From an uncultured virus (IMG/VR IMGVR_UViG_3300028048_000078) (taxonomy: Duplodnaviria > Heunggongvirae > Uroviricota > Caudoviricetes), in the IMG/VR virus record IMGVR_UViG_3300028048_000078: 20,000 nt of DNA; one strand, 5' to 3'. The position numbers were made by a program, and so were the translations under genes. This document shows, one piece after another, positions 1-7,516 of this stretch (position 1 is its first letter; the number at the start of each line of letters is the position of its first letter). The notes below the pieces were generated by a model, which was not told the DNA's origin, made no database searches, and was given only the letters and a program-made list of their open reading frames with translations.

Positions 1-8
1 ATTTACTG

Positions 9-42
9 AAATAAGGCAGGATTTTCCTGCTTTATTTTTTTT
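9..42 (+). terminator. Intrinsic terminator (GCAGG...CCTGC family)
   Basis: aaataaggcagg-atttt-cctgctttattt followed by a T run. Confidence 0.85.
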
Positions 43-53
43 GAGAAAATGTA

Positions 54-82
54 TTGACATATAAAACCATTTATGATAATAT
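54..82 (+). promoter_or_regulatory. SigA-type promoter P1
   Basis: TTGACA-17-TAATAT with extended TG. Confidence 0.8.
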
Positions 83-106
83 ACTAACCATAAGAGGTGA
101 TTGAAT

Positions 107-454
107 ATGTTAATACTTGATAGAAACCAAAGAAAAGATGATGTAGTTATTACACATAAGGATATGCATTTTGATTTATCCGCTATTAAGGAACACAGAT
201 TTAAGTTACACATTTCTACACACTATGCTGATAGAATTAAGCAGAGGAAAATCAAAATCCACAAGATTGCTAGGATTATGAGTGATGGAATAGTGTGTGG
301 TGTACAGACCATTGAAGGTAAGCTTTATAGACTAGCTATTAAAGTTTGTGGTAAAGGTAATGGCAAGCTTGCTACACTGTATGTTATTCAAGTAAGGCAG
401 ACTGAGGAAACCTTGATTTTAACCTTGATAACAGTCCATAAAATTTTTAAATAA
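107..454 (+). CDS. DUF4258-like protein (possible RelE/RNase-like fold)
   Basis: RBS GAGGTGA then ATG 107; motif ISTHYADRIKQRKI...G...V...LITV resembles DUF4258 (by eye). Confidence 0.6.
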   Translation: MLILDRNQRKDDVVITHKDMHFDLSAIKEHRFKLHISTHYADRIKQRKIKIHKIARIMSDGIVCGVQTIEGKLYRLAIKVCGKGNGKLATLYVIQVRQTEETLILTLITVHKIFK

Positions 455-459
455 TTTTG

Positions 460-488
460 TTGACACACACTAATGATTTTGATATAAT
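460..488 (+). promoter_or_regulatory. SigA-type promoter P2
   Basis: TTGACA-17-TATAAT. Confidence 0.9.
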
Positions 489-514
489 GTACTCAAAGAT
501 AAGGAGTGAGTGAT

Positions 515-691
515 ATGGCTACTAAAGAAGAACTTTTAGAGATTGCTGAAAGACTTTGTAATGTTAGGACTAGTTGTACTGATTGTCCTGTTATATTAAG
601 AGCAAGTTTAAACTGTTGGTTAGCTACACATAACTTGACTGAAGATTTACCACCGATTTTTAAAGGAGTGACTTTAGATGGACATGAATGA
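515..691 (+). CDS. Small Cys-containing hypothetical protein
   Basis: RBS AAGGAG, ATG 515; C-x5-CxxC-x9-C possible metal site. Confidence 0.75.
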   Translation: MATKEELLEIAERLCNVRTSCTDCPVILRASLNCWLATHNLTEDLPPIFKGVTLDGHE

Positions 692-977
692 GATTTTGGA
701 AACTTTTGATTTCGCTTATGAGAAGTTAGATAATGGTTTATATAAGTTGATTGATATGGAAGGTTACTTTGATACTATCTATTGTGAAAGCTTTTCAGAA
801 CTAATAGAAGCATTACCACAGGCAGTTATTAAGGACTATGTACTTAGTAAAGAAACCTTTGAAACTGAGGAAGATTTTGAAACCTTAGAAGATGTGTTAG
901 AGTATTGCAAGAAGCATAAACCATTGTATGTAGATGTAATTAAAGCATTGATTGACCCTAGTATAGTAAAGGAGTGA
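678..977 (+). CDS. Acidic hypothetical phage protein
   Basis: RBS AAGGAG; overlaps the upstream stop; D/E rich. Confidence 0.8.
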   Translation: MDMNEILETFDFAYEKLDNGLYKLIDMEGYFDTIYCESFSELIEALPQAVIKDYVLSKETFETEEDFETLEDVLEYCKKHKPLYVDVIKALIDPSIVKE

Positions 978-1144
978 TTGTTATTGAGTCCACTACAGTA
1001 AAGGAACTTAAAGAAGTACTTAGTCACTTCAATGATGATGATATTGTAAAAATTTGGGTAAATGAAACTATCTATGAAGTGCAAGCAGGAGTAAATGTTG
1101 CAGACGAAGGGGAAGAATTGTTGTTTACCTATATGTTTAAGTAA
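974..1144 (+). CDS. Small hypothetical protein (TVKELKEVL...F.DD motif), start uncertain
   Basis: Open 56-codon frame filling the gap, not in the ORF track; strong RBS but no in-frame ATG near it. Confidence 0.6.
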   Translation: MIVIESTTVKELKEVLSHFNDDDIVKIWVNETIYEVQAGVNVADEGEELLFTYMFK

Positions 1145-1157
1145 AGGAGTGTTAAAT

Positions 1158-1901
1158 ATGAATAGACTTATTAATATTTTGGTAGGTAGTTATTGGGATT
1201 ATCAGCCTAGATTTATTGCAAGTAACTTTAATGTTGGTATAGGTAGTTATGCTGATGATGAAATTGAGGAATATCCTATTGATTATGAGTATAATAAGAA
1301 GAATGATGAACATAAGATGTTTTTCTTTATCGGTGATAAAGTTTGTAAAATGGCTACATTAGGCAATAAACCTTTGGAAAGAGCAAAGAAACATAACTCT
1401 AGAGGAATGTCATTTACTGCAATTCGTAGTAAATATCCTTCAATTAAACACATCTATGCTATCAATCCTAGACTTCATGCTTTTAATAAGTTTTACAGTC
1501 CTATAAGCAGATACGACCATGAAAAGAAGTATCGTCTATTTGTGCAGTATGGTGTAGGCACTGATGTACATTTGAGTAAGAGTAACCTTAAGAGCCATAA
1601 GGAACATTGTATTAAGTCTTATAACTACTATTTGGCTAGTCAGCTTAAGAGAAGATTAGTAGATTATAAGGCAAGTAAGACTGATGATAATACTGTAAAA
1701 ATGGCTATGGCTAAAGCTTTGAGAAGTTGTGCAGACCACATAGAAGGTAAGAACCCTAATTTTGGAGCTAATATTAAGAGTCCTTGGCATAGAGATGAAC
1801 CTATTAGAGAATTTTTCAGTGATATGTTTAACTTCTATAAATATAAGCTTGATGATGTTGAAAGAGTAAGACTTTTGGAAAGTTTGAAAAATTATTGTTG
1901 A
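1158..1901 (+). CDS. Hypothetical basic protein (247 aa)
   Basis: RBS AAGGAG then ATG 1158; the TGA stop lies inside the -35 box of P3. Confidence 0.85.
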   Translation: MNRLINILVGSYWDYQPRFIASNFNVGIGSYADDEIEEYPIDYEYNKKNDEHKMFFFIGDKVCKMATLGNKPLERAKKHNSRGMSFTAIRSKYPSIKHIYAINPRLHAFNKFYSPISRYDHEKKYRLFVQYGVGTDVHLSKSNLKSHKEHCIKSYNYYLASQLKRRLVDYKASKTDDNTVKMAMAKALRSCADHIEGKNPNFGANIKSPWHRDEPIREFFSDMFNFYKYKLDDVERVRLLESLKNYC

Positions 1902-1926
1902 CACGTATTAATGTTTTTGGTATAAT
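1898..1926 (+). promoter_or_regulatory. SigA-type promoter P3
   Basis: TTGACA-17-TATAAT, extended TG. Confidence 0.9.
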
Positions 1927-1948
1927 CTTAATCAAGAGGTGAGGATAT

Positions 1949-2140
1949 ATGAAGATAGCAAGCATTAAAGTTAGTGGTTATATTGATGTTGAAATTCCAG
2001 ACCACATCAATGATACTGATATTGCGGAAGATTGGATTAAGGAACACTTGAATATTTATAATACACCAATAGAGGAATTTGATGATTATGATTTACATTG
2101 TCAGTATCTTGTAGATTGGGGTGAAGATAATGAAGGTTAA
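1949..2140 (+). CDS. Small acidic hypothetical protein
   Basis: RBS GAGGTGAGG; first gene after P3. Confidence 0.8.
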   Translation: MKIASIKVSGYIDVEIPDHINDTDIAEDWIKEHLNIYNTPIEEFDDYDLHCQYLVDWGEDNEG

Positions 2141-2285
2141 AATCTTTCAGTTTGAGATAAGCGAAGTAAATGAGAATTATATCAATGAGTTTTGTGAGGG
2201 AAAAGATATTGTTGATATAAAGATAACACATGCAGAAAGCTATAACTACTATTATTTGTTTTATACAATTATGTACAAGGAGTGA
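2130..2285 (+). CDS. Cse60/DUF2758-like small protein (51 aa)
   Basis: MKVKIFQFEISEVNENYINEFCEGKDIVDIKIT...IMYKE fits the MKVK.F...IN.F...I.DIK...I.Y pattern; RBS GGGGTGA; absent from the ORF track. Confidence 0.65.
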   Translation: MKVKIFQFEISEVNENYINEFCEGKDIVDIKITHAESYNYYYLFYTIMYKE

Positions 2286-2291
2286 TTAATA

Positions 2292-2723
2292 ATGGCTACA
2301 AGGATATTTGATGTAACTACCTATATGGCATTTGAATATTTTACAGATGAAGATGTTACTTTCCTTGCTATTACAGACGAACATAAAGAATGTTGGATAA
2401 ATATCAAGAATAAGGAATTGATTATGAGTCAGCTTCAATCTGAAACTATCACTATTCCTCTTATAGATAAAGCTACAAAGTCTATGCAAGCTTTATATGA
2501 TTACATTATGGATAGAGATACTAGCTTAGTAGTAGAGGTTGATGATGATATAGCTGAGTACTGTATGAAAAGAGCTAATGTAAGCTTAAAGCAATTCTTT
2601 GACGAAATTAAGGCAGATATAGAGAAGTTTGCATTAGATGATTGCATTGATATGGAGAATAATAATGGGTGCTATTTCTTAGTATTTAGAAATTTATGTG
2701 AAAAATTTTCAAGATTGTATTGA
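2292..2723 (+). CDS. Hypothetical protein
   Basis: RBS AAGGAG; stop within the -35 box of P4. Confidence 0.85.
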   Translation: MATRIFDVTTYMAFEYFTDEDVTFLAITDEHKECWINIKNKELIMSQLQSETITIPLIDKATKSMQALYDYIMDRDTSLVVEVDDDIAEYCMKRANVSLKQFFDEIKADIEKFALDDCIDMENNNGCYFLVFRNLCEKFSRLY

Positions 2724-2748
2724 CATATAAATGTTTTTATGATAATAT
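2720..2748 (+). promoter_or_regulatory. SigA-type promoter P4
   Basis: TTGACA-17-TAATAT, extended TG. Confidence 0.8.
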
Positions 2749-2779
2749 ATAACCATCAAATAGATAAGGAGTGTTGAAC

Positions 2780-3007
2780 ATGATTGATATTACAGTAACC
2801 ACATTTGATGATAAGCTTATCATTGATGTAGAGGACTATGATTATGAAGAAGGTAGTATTATTCTTCATAGTAGTATGAGTAATAAGTACTCTAATTCTA
2901 CTGATGGTTGGGTAAAGCTTATGAGTGACTATGCAAGGGTACGCAAAATGTACCCTAATGCAAGTCATGTTATGAGATATGGAAAGACAGGTGATAGAAT
3001 ATGGTAA
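2780..3007 (+). CDS. Hypothetical protein
   Basis: Leader AAGGAGTGTTGAAC then ATG 2780. Confidence 0.8.
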   Translation: MIDITVTTFDDKLIIDVEDYDYEEGSIILHSSMSNKYSNSTDGWVKLMSDYARVRKMYPNASHVMRYGKTGDRIW

Positions 3008-3276
3008 GATTGATTACTGATGAGGGTACATTTGAGTATACTGATTTGGTAGAACTTATTCATGAGTATGATAAAAACACACTTGATATGAATGTTCCAT
3101 GCGAATCTACTATGATAAACAAGTTAATTGATAATGATGGCTATGAATATGTGATTAACTGTGCGTTTAGTGAATTTATTGGAGATTTAATTATTTATCA
3201 TAATCTTATATTAAGAGAAATTCCTAAAAGATTGCTTAAAGATTATGTTTATTATGAAGTAAAGATAAAGGAGTGA
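3001..3276 (+). CDS. Hypothetical protein
   Basis: RBS AGGTGA; coupled to the upstream gene. Confidence 0.8.
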   Translation: MVRLITDEGTFEYTDLVELIHEYDKNTLDMNVPCESTMINKLIDNDGYEYVINCAFSEFIGDLIIYHNLILREIPKRLLKDYVYYEVKIKE

Positions 3277-3281
3277 AACTT

Positions 3282-3770
3282 ATGAATACTAGAATTTATA
3301 GCTTAGACAGTATTGGTGTTAATGAGTTTGATTTTCATGCTGATTTTGCATATTGGTTTGGCACTGAAGGTAAAATCACTAATGTTGTTTTGAGTAACAT
3401 AAGTTTAGCTGAAACCATTAATGAGTCATTTGCAGAATCTATCAATCGTCTTGGTGGATGTAAAGAAACACTTGCAGAGTGCATGAGTGATGGGGGTGTT
3501 TATATCCATAAGAGTGCTGATTTGTGGTTAGCTAATGCTACTATGAATAACATTAAAGCATACCTTAAGGACTTGACTATGGCAGACTTTAAAAATCATG
3601 GCAGAGCAAGATTGCATGAAATTACACACCCTACTGAACCATTTGTTTGCTTTAGGGATGATGATGGAAAACCTACTATTATGCCTTTATATGATTTTAT
3701 TTTTAATAGTAGATATAAGGAATTTACAGAGGTGCTGAACCTTAGTAGAGTTTTCTATGTAAAATATTAA
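3282..3770 (+). CDS. Hypothetical protein
   Basis: RBS AAGGAG then ATG 3282. Confidence 0.85.
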   Translation: MNTRIYSLDSIGVNEFDFHADFAYWFGTEGKITNVVLSNISLAETINESFAESINRLGGCKETLAECMSDGGVYIHKSADLWLANATMNNIKAYLKDLTMADFKNHGRARLHEITHPTEPFVCFRDDDGKPTIMPLYDFIFNSRYKEFTEVLNLSRVFYVKY

Positions 3771-3780
3771 AAAAAACATA

Positions 3781-3809
3781 TTGACATACTGTAAATGTTT
3801 TGATATAAT
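3781..3809 (+). promoter_or_regulatory. SigA-type promoter P5
   Basis: TTGACA-17-TATAAT, extended TG. Confidence 0.9.
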
Positions 3810-3831
3810 CTTAGACAAGAGGTGAGGTTAA

Positions 3832-3963
3832 ATGAAAAGAAAAACTATAGCAACGATTTTCGCAGTAGGTTATGTAGGTGTTGTATTACTCTTTAAGCTT
3901 GCAGTATTCTGTGGACTTGTATTCTTAGCAGTTATGATTTTACGTTACATGGGAGTGATTTGA
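3832..3963 (+). CDS. Small membrane peptide (43 aa)
   Basis: MKRKTIATIFAVGYVGVVLLFKLAVFCGLVFLAVMILRYMGVI; RBS GAGGTGAGG; first gene after P5. Confidence 0.8.
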   Translation: MKRKTIATIFAVGYVGVVLLFKLAVFCGLVFLAVMILRYMGVI

Positions 3964-3965
3964 TT

Positions 3966-4214
3966 ATGACATTTTACTGTATTACACATGATTGTATTGA
4001 TTTTTCAAGAGTTTATGGAGTTATAACTATTTGGGGTGATGATGAGTACATAGCTGATTGTGGCGGTGTTGCCTATATGATTGCTAGGGGTAAAGGTGAA
4101 GCAGTAAAGAAGTTTGGTGATGATTATACCATTTATGATATTCTTGATGAAGCTAGTTTATTATATCCGACTTGTGATTTTAACTTTAAGTATACAATTG
4201 ATGTAGAGGTGTAA
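3966..4214 (+). CDS. Hypothetical protein
   Basis: RBS GGGAG, ATG 3966. Confidence 0.8.
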   Translation: MTFYCITHDCIDFSRVYGVITIWGDDEYIADCGGVAYMIARGKGEAVKKFGDDYTIYDILDEASLLYPTCDFNFKYTIDVEV

Positions 4215-4217
4215 GCT

Positions 4218-4457
4218 ATGATAGAAGTACATTATATAATGCACATTGATGATGTGTATAGGGATATGTTGTATTATTACATGGATATATCGCCTACAGT
4301 ATTATTTAATTACTTTAATGATATGGGCAAAGTAAAATATTGGGCAGATGGTAGGATTGTACTAAATACACTATCAAAGGATTATGAAATTATCCTAGAG
4401 ATAAGAGAAATAAAGACCATTAGCTTAGAGGAATTATCTGATAGAATAGGAGTGTAA
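4218..4457 (+). CDS. Hypothetical protein
   Basis: RBS GAGGTG. Confidence 0.8.
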   Translation: MIEVHYIMHIDDVYRDMLYYYMDISPTVLFNYFNDMGKVKYWADGRIVLNTLSKDYEIILEIREIKTISLEELSDRIGV

Positions 4458-4460
4458 GCT

Positions 4461-4580
4461 ATGAGAGATTTTATGCTTTTAGGACTTATGATATTGTTTG
4501 TAGTAGGTATTCCACTACTTTTCTATAGTGGACTTGCAGTTATAATCGTAACCGCAATAAAGTATTTAGGAATTGTTTAA
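4461..4580 (+). CDS. Small membrane peptide (39 aa), paralog of 3832..3963
   Basis: MRDFMLLGLMILFVVGIPLLFYSGLAVIIVTAIKYLGIV; RBS AGGAG. Confidence 0.8.
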   Translation: MRDFMLLGLMILFVVGIPLLFYSGLAVIIVTAIKYLGIV

Positions 4581-4588
4581 AAATTTTG

Positions 4589-4617
4589 TTGACATAAGTT
4601 AATGGTTTTGCTATAAT
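4589..4617 (+). promoter_or_regulatory. SigA-type promoter P6
   Basis: TTGACA-17-TATAAT, extended TG. Confidence 0.9.
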
Positions 4618-4637
4618 ATAGTCAAGAGGTGAGGATA

Positions 4638-4904
4638 ATGAATGTAAAGAATATCTATAATAAGCTTGATAAGTTAGAGGATAGCTTTGAAGCTAAGCTT
4701 GATTATCTATCAGCAAGAAAAGACTTGACTATGATTAGCCACATGACTAATGAATATTATGATGAATATGTATTTGAGGGCACTGATGGCTATATAGATA
4801 TTGAAAAGGCACTGAAAAATCCTAGAATAAACTATGAGTATGGATGGAGTACTAAGGCAAGAATAATAGTAAATGGTAAAGTAATAACTGTAAGTAAGGA
4901 GTGA
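4638..4904 (+). CDS. Hypothetical protein
   Basis: RBS GAGGTGAGG, ATG 4638. Confidence 0.8.
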   Translation: MNVKNIYNKLDKLEDSFEAKLDYLSARKDLTMISHMTNEYYDEYVFEGTDGYIDIEKALKNPRINYEYGWSTKARIIVNGKVITVSKE

Positions 4905-4909
4905 GATTT

Positions 4910-5119
4910 ATGTATTATGTAATGGTAGTAAGTGAGTTTGGCAGTGTATTAATACACCGTGATTTTGAAGATATTAAAGAAGCTAAACAGTTTTTCAATA
5001 AGGTTATTAAAGACTATAAAATTGGTGGATATAAGTCTAAGAAGTTATCAGATGAAGTCACTGAGATTTATGATAATAATAGCTTTTACCATGTAAGCTT
5101 ACGTAAATTTGAGGAGTGA
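4910..5119 (+). CDS. Hypothetical protein
   Basis: RBS AAGGAG, ATG 4910; F..I.EAK.F motif typical of small phage proteins. Confidence 0.8.
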   Translation: MYYVMVVSEFGSVLIHRDFEDIKEAKQFFNKVIKDYKIGGYKSKKLSDEVTEIYDNNSFYHVSLRKFEE

Positions 5120-5125
5120 TAAATT

Positions 5126-5371
5126 ATGTATTATTGGAAAGCAGAGTCTACAGATAACAGTTATCAAGAAGTTAGTGTGCCATTTAAGACTAAAAAAGAA
5201 GCTTATGAAAGTATGCGTAATTCAGCATTAGAGAAAATGAAATGGAATACTGAGTATGATGAGGATTTTGAGGATGATATACCTATTGGCTATGAAGTAA
5301 CATTTTCAAAAGACTGTATAAGACATTTTTCATATAGTGGAGAATACATTTATAAGATAGTGGAGGAATAA
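5126..5371 (+). CDS. Hypothetical protein
   Basis: RBS GAGGAG; FKTKKEAY motif. Confidence 0.8.
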   Translation: MYYWKAESTDNSYQEVSVPFKTKKEAYESMRNSALEKMKWNTEYDEDFEDDIPIGYEVTFSKDCIRHFSYSGEYIYKIVEE

Positions 5372-5374
5372 ATC

Positions 5375-5620
5375 ATGTTTTGCGTAAAGTGTGGAAAAGA
5401 ATTCGTTGGCGGTAAGAATAGCCGTTATTGTGAAGAGTGTAAGGCAGAAAAGAAAAAAGAAAATTCAGCTAAAATGAATGTATACGTACAAGAAAGAAAT
5501 AAAAGACTAGGTTTAACTAATATAAGTATCTATAAGGAAGATAGAGATTTATTAAAATCTCTGGGGGCAGAAAAAGGAGTTTCTATAGCAGAGATAGTAA
5601 AAGAACTTTTAAGAAAGTAA
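5375..5620 (+). CDS. Zn-ribbon + ribbon-helix-helix DNA-binding protein
   Basis: CxxCGKEF-x8-CxxC; C-terminal TNISIYKEDRDLLKSLGAEKGVSIAEIVKELL fits the RHH (CopG/Arc) pattern. Confidence 0.75.
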   Translation: MFCVKCGKEFVGGKNSRYCEECKAEKKKENSAKMNVYVQERNKRLGLTNISIYKEDRDLLKSLGAEKGVSIAEIVKELLRK

Positions 5621-5704
5621 TATATGTATATAAATATAATTTATAACTAATATAAATATATATGTATATATGTAAATATAAACATAGAAAAGAGATGAAA
5701 TATA

Positions 5705-5860
5705 ATGATTGAATTATATATAAAGGATAACACTATAACAATAAAAGAATCATGGAATGGTATTAATGTATTAGTAGAAAATCCTTTAGGTAATATATCT
5801 ATAAATAATATACCACAAGAAGAAGCTAGAAGAATATTACTACAGTATATTAGTAAATAG
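5705..5860 (+). CDS. Small hypothetical protein (51 aa)
   Basis: MIELYIKDNTITIKESWNGINVLVENPLGNISINNIPQEEARRILLQYISK; weak RBS. Confidence 0.5.
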   Translation: MIELYIKDNTITIKESWNGINVLVENPLGNISINNIPQEEARRILLQYISK

Positions 5861-5863
5861 CTA

Positions 5864-5915
5864 GTCAAAAAACACTGTCAAATAGCTATGTCAAAAATAG
5901 GTGTCAAATAGCTAG
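5864..5915. repeat. Four GTCAAA-headed 13-bp tandem units
   Basis: GTCAAA at 5864, 5877, 5890, 5903. Confidence 0.85.
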
Positions 5916-5970
5916 CTGGCTCTCACTATACAATACTATTGACTTTGTAAATTGGTGTATTGACATTATT

Positions 5971-6385
5971 AGTGTGTGTTTTTCCTATATATATAGAGAA
6001 AATACACACTTTTTCTTTTTTTTCTATATATACTGAAACATATATAGTTGTGTTTTTCTTATATATATACTAAGAATAATACCATATATCTTTTTTGCCC
6101 AAAGGATTTTGTATTTTTCCTATATATATAGACAATATACATATTCTTTTTGTTTTTCCTATATATATAGATAACAATATACATCTCTTTTCTTTTTTTC
6201 TTTCCCCCAGAGGACTTTGTGTATTTCTCTTATATATATACTAACAATACAATAGTTGTTATTTCTCTATATATATATACATATATAATCTCTTCTTCTT
6301 TTCTTTTTTGCCCAAAAGGTACTTTGTGTTTTTCTATATATATATACAGAAATACATATAATCTCTTTTTGCCCAAAAGTTTTTT
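5971..6385. repeat. Degenerate array of about 8 TTTTC(C/T)TATATATATA palindromic units
   Basis: Cores near 5985, 6024, 6060, 6120, 6159, 6230, 6267, 6334; (G/C)CCC boxes at 6097, 6204, 6310, 6371. Confidence 0.85.
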
Positions 6386-6395
6386 GAGAATTGTA

Positions 6396-6424
6396 TTGAC
6401 AGTCAAATGTTTTTATAGTATACT
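6396..6424 (+). promoter_or_regulatory. SigA-type promoter P7
   Basis: TTGACA-17-TATACT. Confidence 0.9.
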
Positions 6425-6458
6425 TAAGCTACAAAATAACAAAAAGGAGTGTTGAATT

Positions 6459-6905
6459 ATGAATGAATTGATGAAACTTTATGAGGAAGTATTCATTCCT
6501 GCTTGGGAAGAATCTCATACAGAGGGAGAACCACCTTGCTTTGAGGAATGGAAGGACAATGACTTTTATGAGTGGCTAGATGATTATATAAACAACAAAG
6601 AGTATGAATGGCAAGCTAATTTAATTAGTACTTATGCTAGAGAAGTTATAACAAATATTCCTGTTTGTTATGATATGTATACTCTTAATGATTATGATTT
6701 TACAGATATTTATGATAAAATCGACCATGAGAACTTTAATGTTCGCCATGATGTATATTGGAATGAATGTGGTGGTTATATCTGTAGTGGTGATTATTGT
6801 GCTTATGTTGATAAGTATTGGGATGATAATAAAGACGACATCTTAAACTATGTTATTAAATTCTTTGATACTTTTGATATTGATACTGACGAATATTTTT
6901 GTTGA
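6459..6905 (+). CDS. Highly acidic hypothetical protein (GYICSG family)
   Basis: RBS AAGGAG; stop in the -35 of P8; similar to 10435..10800. Confidence 0.85.
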   Translation: MNELMKLYEEVFIPAWEESHTEGEPPCFEEWKDNDFYEWLDDYINNKEYEWQANLISTYAREVITNIPVCYDMYTLNDYDFTDIYDKIDHENFNVRHDVYWNECGGYICSGDYCAYVDKYWDDNKDDILNYVIKFFDTFDIDTDEYFC

Positions 6906-6930
6906 CAAGTTAATGTTTTTGCAGTATAAT
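6902..6930 (+). promoter_or_regulatory. SigA-type promoter P8
   Basis: TTGACA-17-TATAAT. Confidence 0.9.
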
Positions 6931-6964
6931 GTACTCACAAACAACAGATAAGGAGTGTTGAATT

Positions 6965-7387
6965 ATGGAAGTTAAAGTAGAAGTTAATAATGAGTTTGCA
7001 TTAAAGGATTTACTTTGGGGACAAGGTTATGACACATTTAAGAGAGTTTGTGATGAAGGTTTAGGCGAAGCTTTAATGAATCACATTGAAGAACTTTTCT
7101 GTGATGAGTTGCCAGACATTTGTGATATTAATGACTATCTTGCCTATGAACTTGATGAAGATGAGTTTATTGCTACTCATATAAACCTTGATGATTTACT
7201 TGATATTGATACTCTTATGCAGTATGCTTCTGAGTTAGGTTATTTTAAGGCACATGGTACTATTAAAGAAGCTATTAATATTGGTAAATCTAAGGAGTTA
7301 TGGGATTATCTTGTAGATAATTATTCTGATTATAATTTGGATGATTTATTTTCTGAAATTAACTGTATTGATTTAGAAGATATCTGA
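6965..7387 (+). CDS. Highly acidic hypothetical protein
   Basis: RBS AAGGAG; N-terminal half resembles 12033..12245. Confidence 0.85.
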   Translation: MEVKVEVNNEFALKDLLWGQGYDTFKRVCDEGLGEALMNHIEELFCDELPDICDINDYLAYELDEDEFIATHINLDDLLDIDTLMQYASELGYFKAHGTIKEAINIGKSKELWDYLVDNYSDYNLDDLFSEINCIDLEDI

Positions 7388-7398
7388 AAATCTCTTTT

Positions 7399-7424
7399 GC
7401 CCCCAGCTTTTTGGGGGCTTTTTT
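7399..7424 (+). terminator. Intrinsic terminator
   Basis: gccccca-gctttt-tgggggc + T run. Confidence 0.85.
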
Positions 7425-7452
7425 GACAGTATATATTTATATATGCTATAAT
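7423..7452 (+). promoter_or_regulatory. SigA-type promoter P9 (no ORF of its own)
   Basis: TTGACA-18-TATAAT with extended TG. Confidence 0.8.
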
Positions 7453-7458
7453 TTATAT

Positions 7459-7507
7459 ATATAGTAAAACAATTCTTTACTAAAGGAAGCAGTACATACA
7501 TTGTCAA
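7459..7507 (+). ncRNA. Candidate small RNA/leader: 24-nt copy of the helicase CDS plus 23-nt copy of the post-helicase repeat arm
   Basis: 7460-7483 is identical to 9351-9374; 7484-7506 matches 9719-9741 at 21/23; begins at the predicted TSS of P9. Confidence 0.4.
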
Positions 7508-7516
7508 AACTTTTTC

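Noticed and set aside
5971..6385. CRISPR-like array, or CDS 6219..6455
   Set aside because: Units are degenerate and low complexity with no unique spacers. The ORF is translated repeat with no RBS and crosses P7.
7479..7507. Antisense promoter from the minus-strand TTGACA at 7507-7502
   Set aside because: The best 17-bp-spaced -10 is TTTAGT, which is poor, and it overlaps the 24-nt match, so it could not produce an antisense RNA to the helicase segment.
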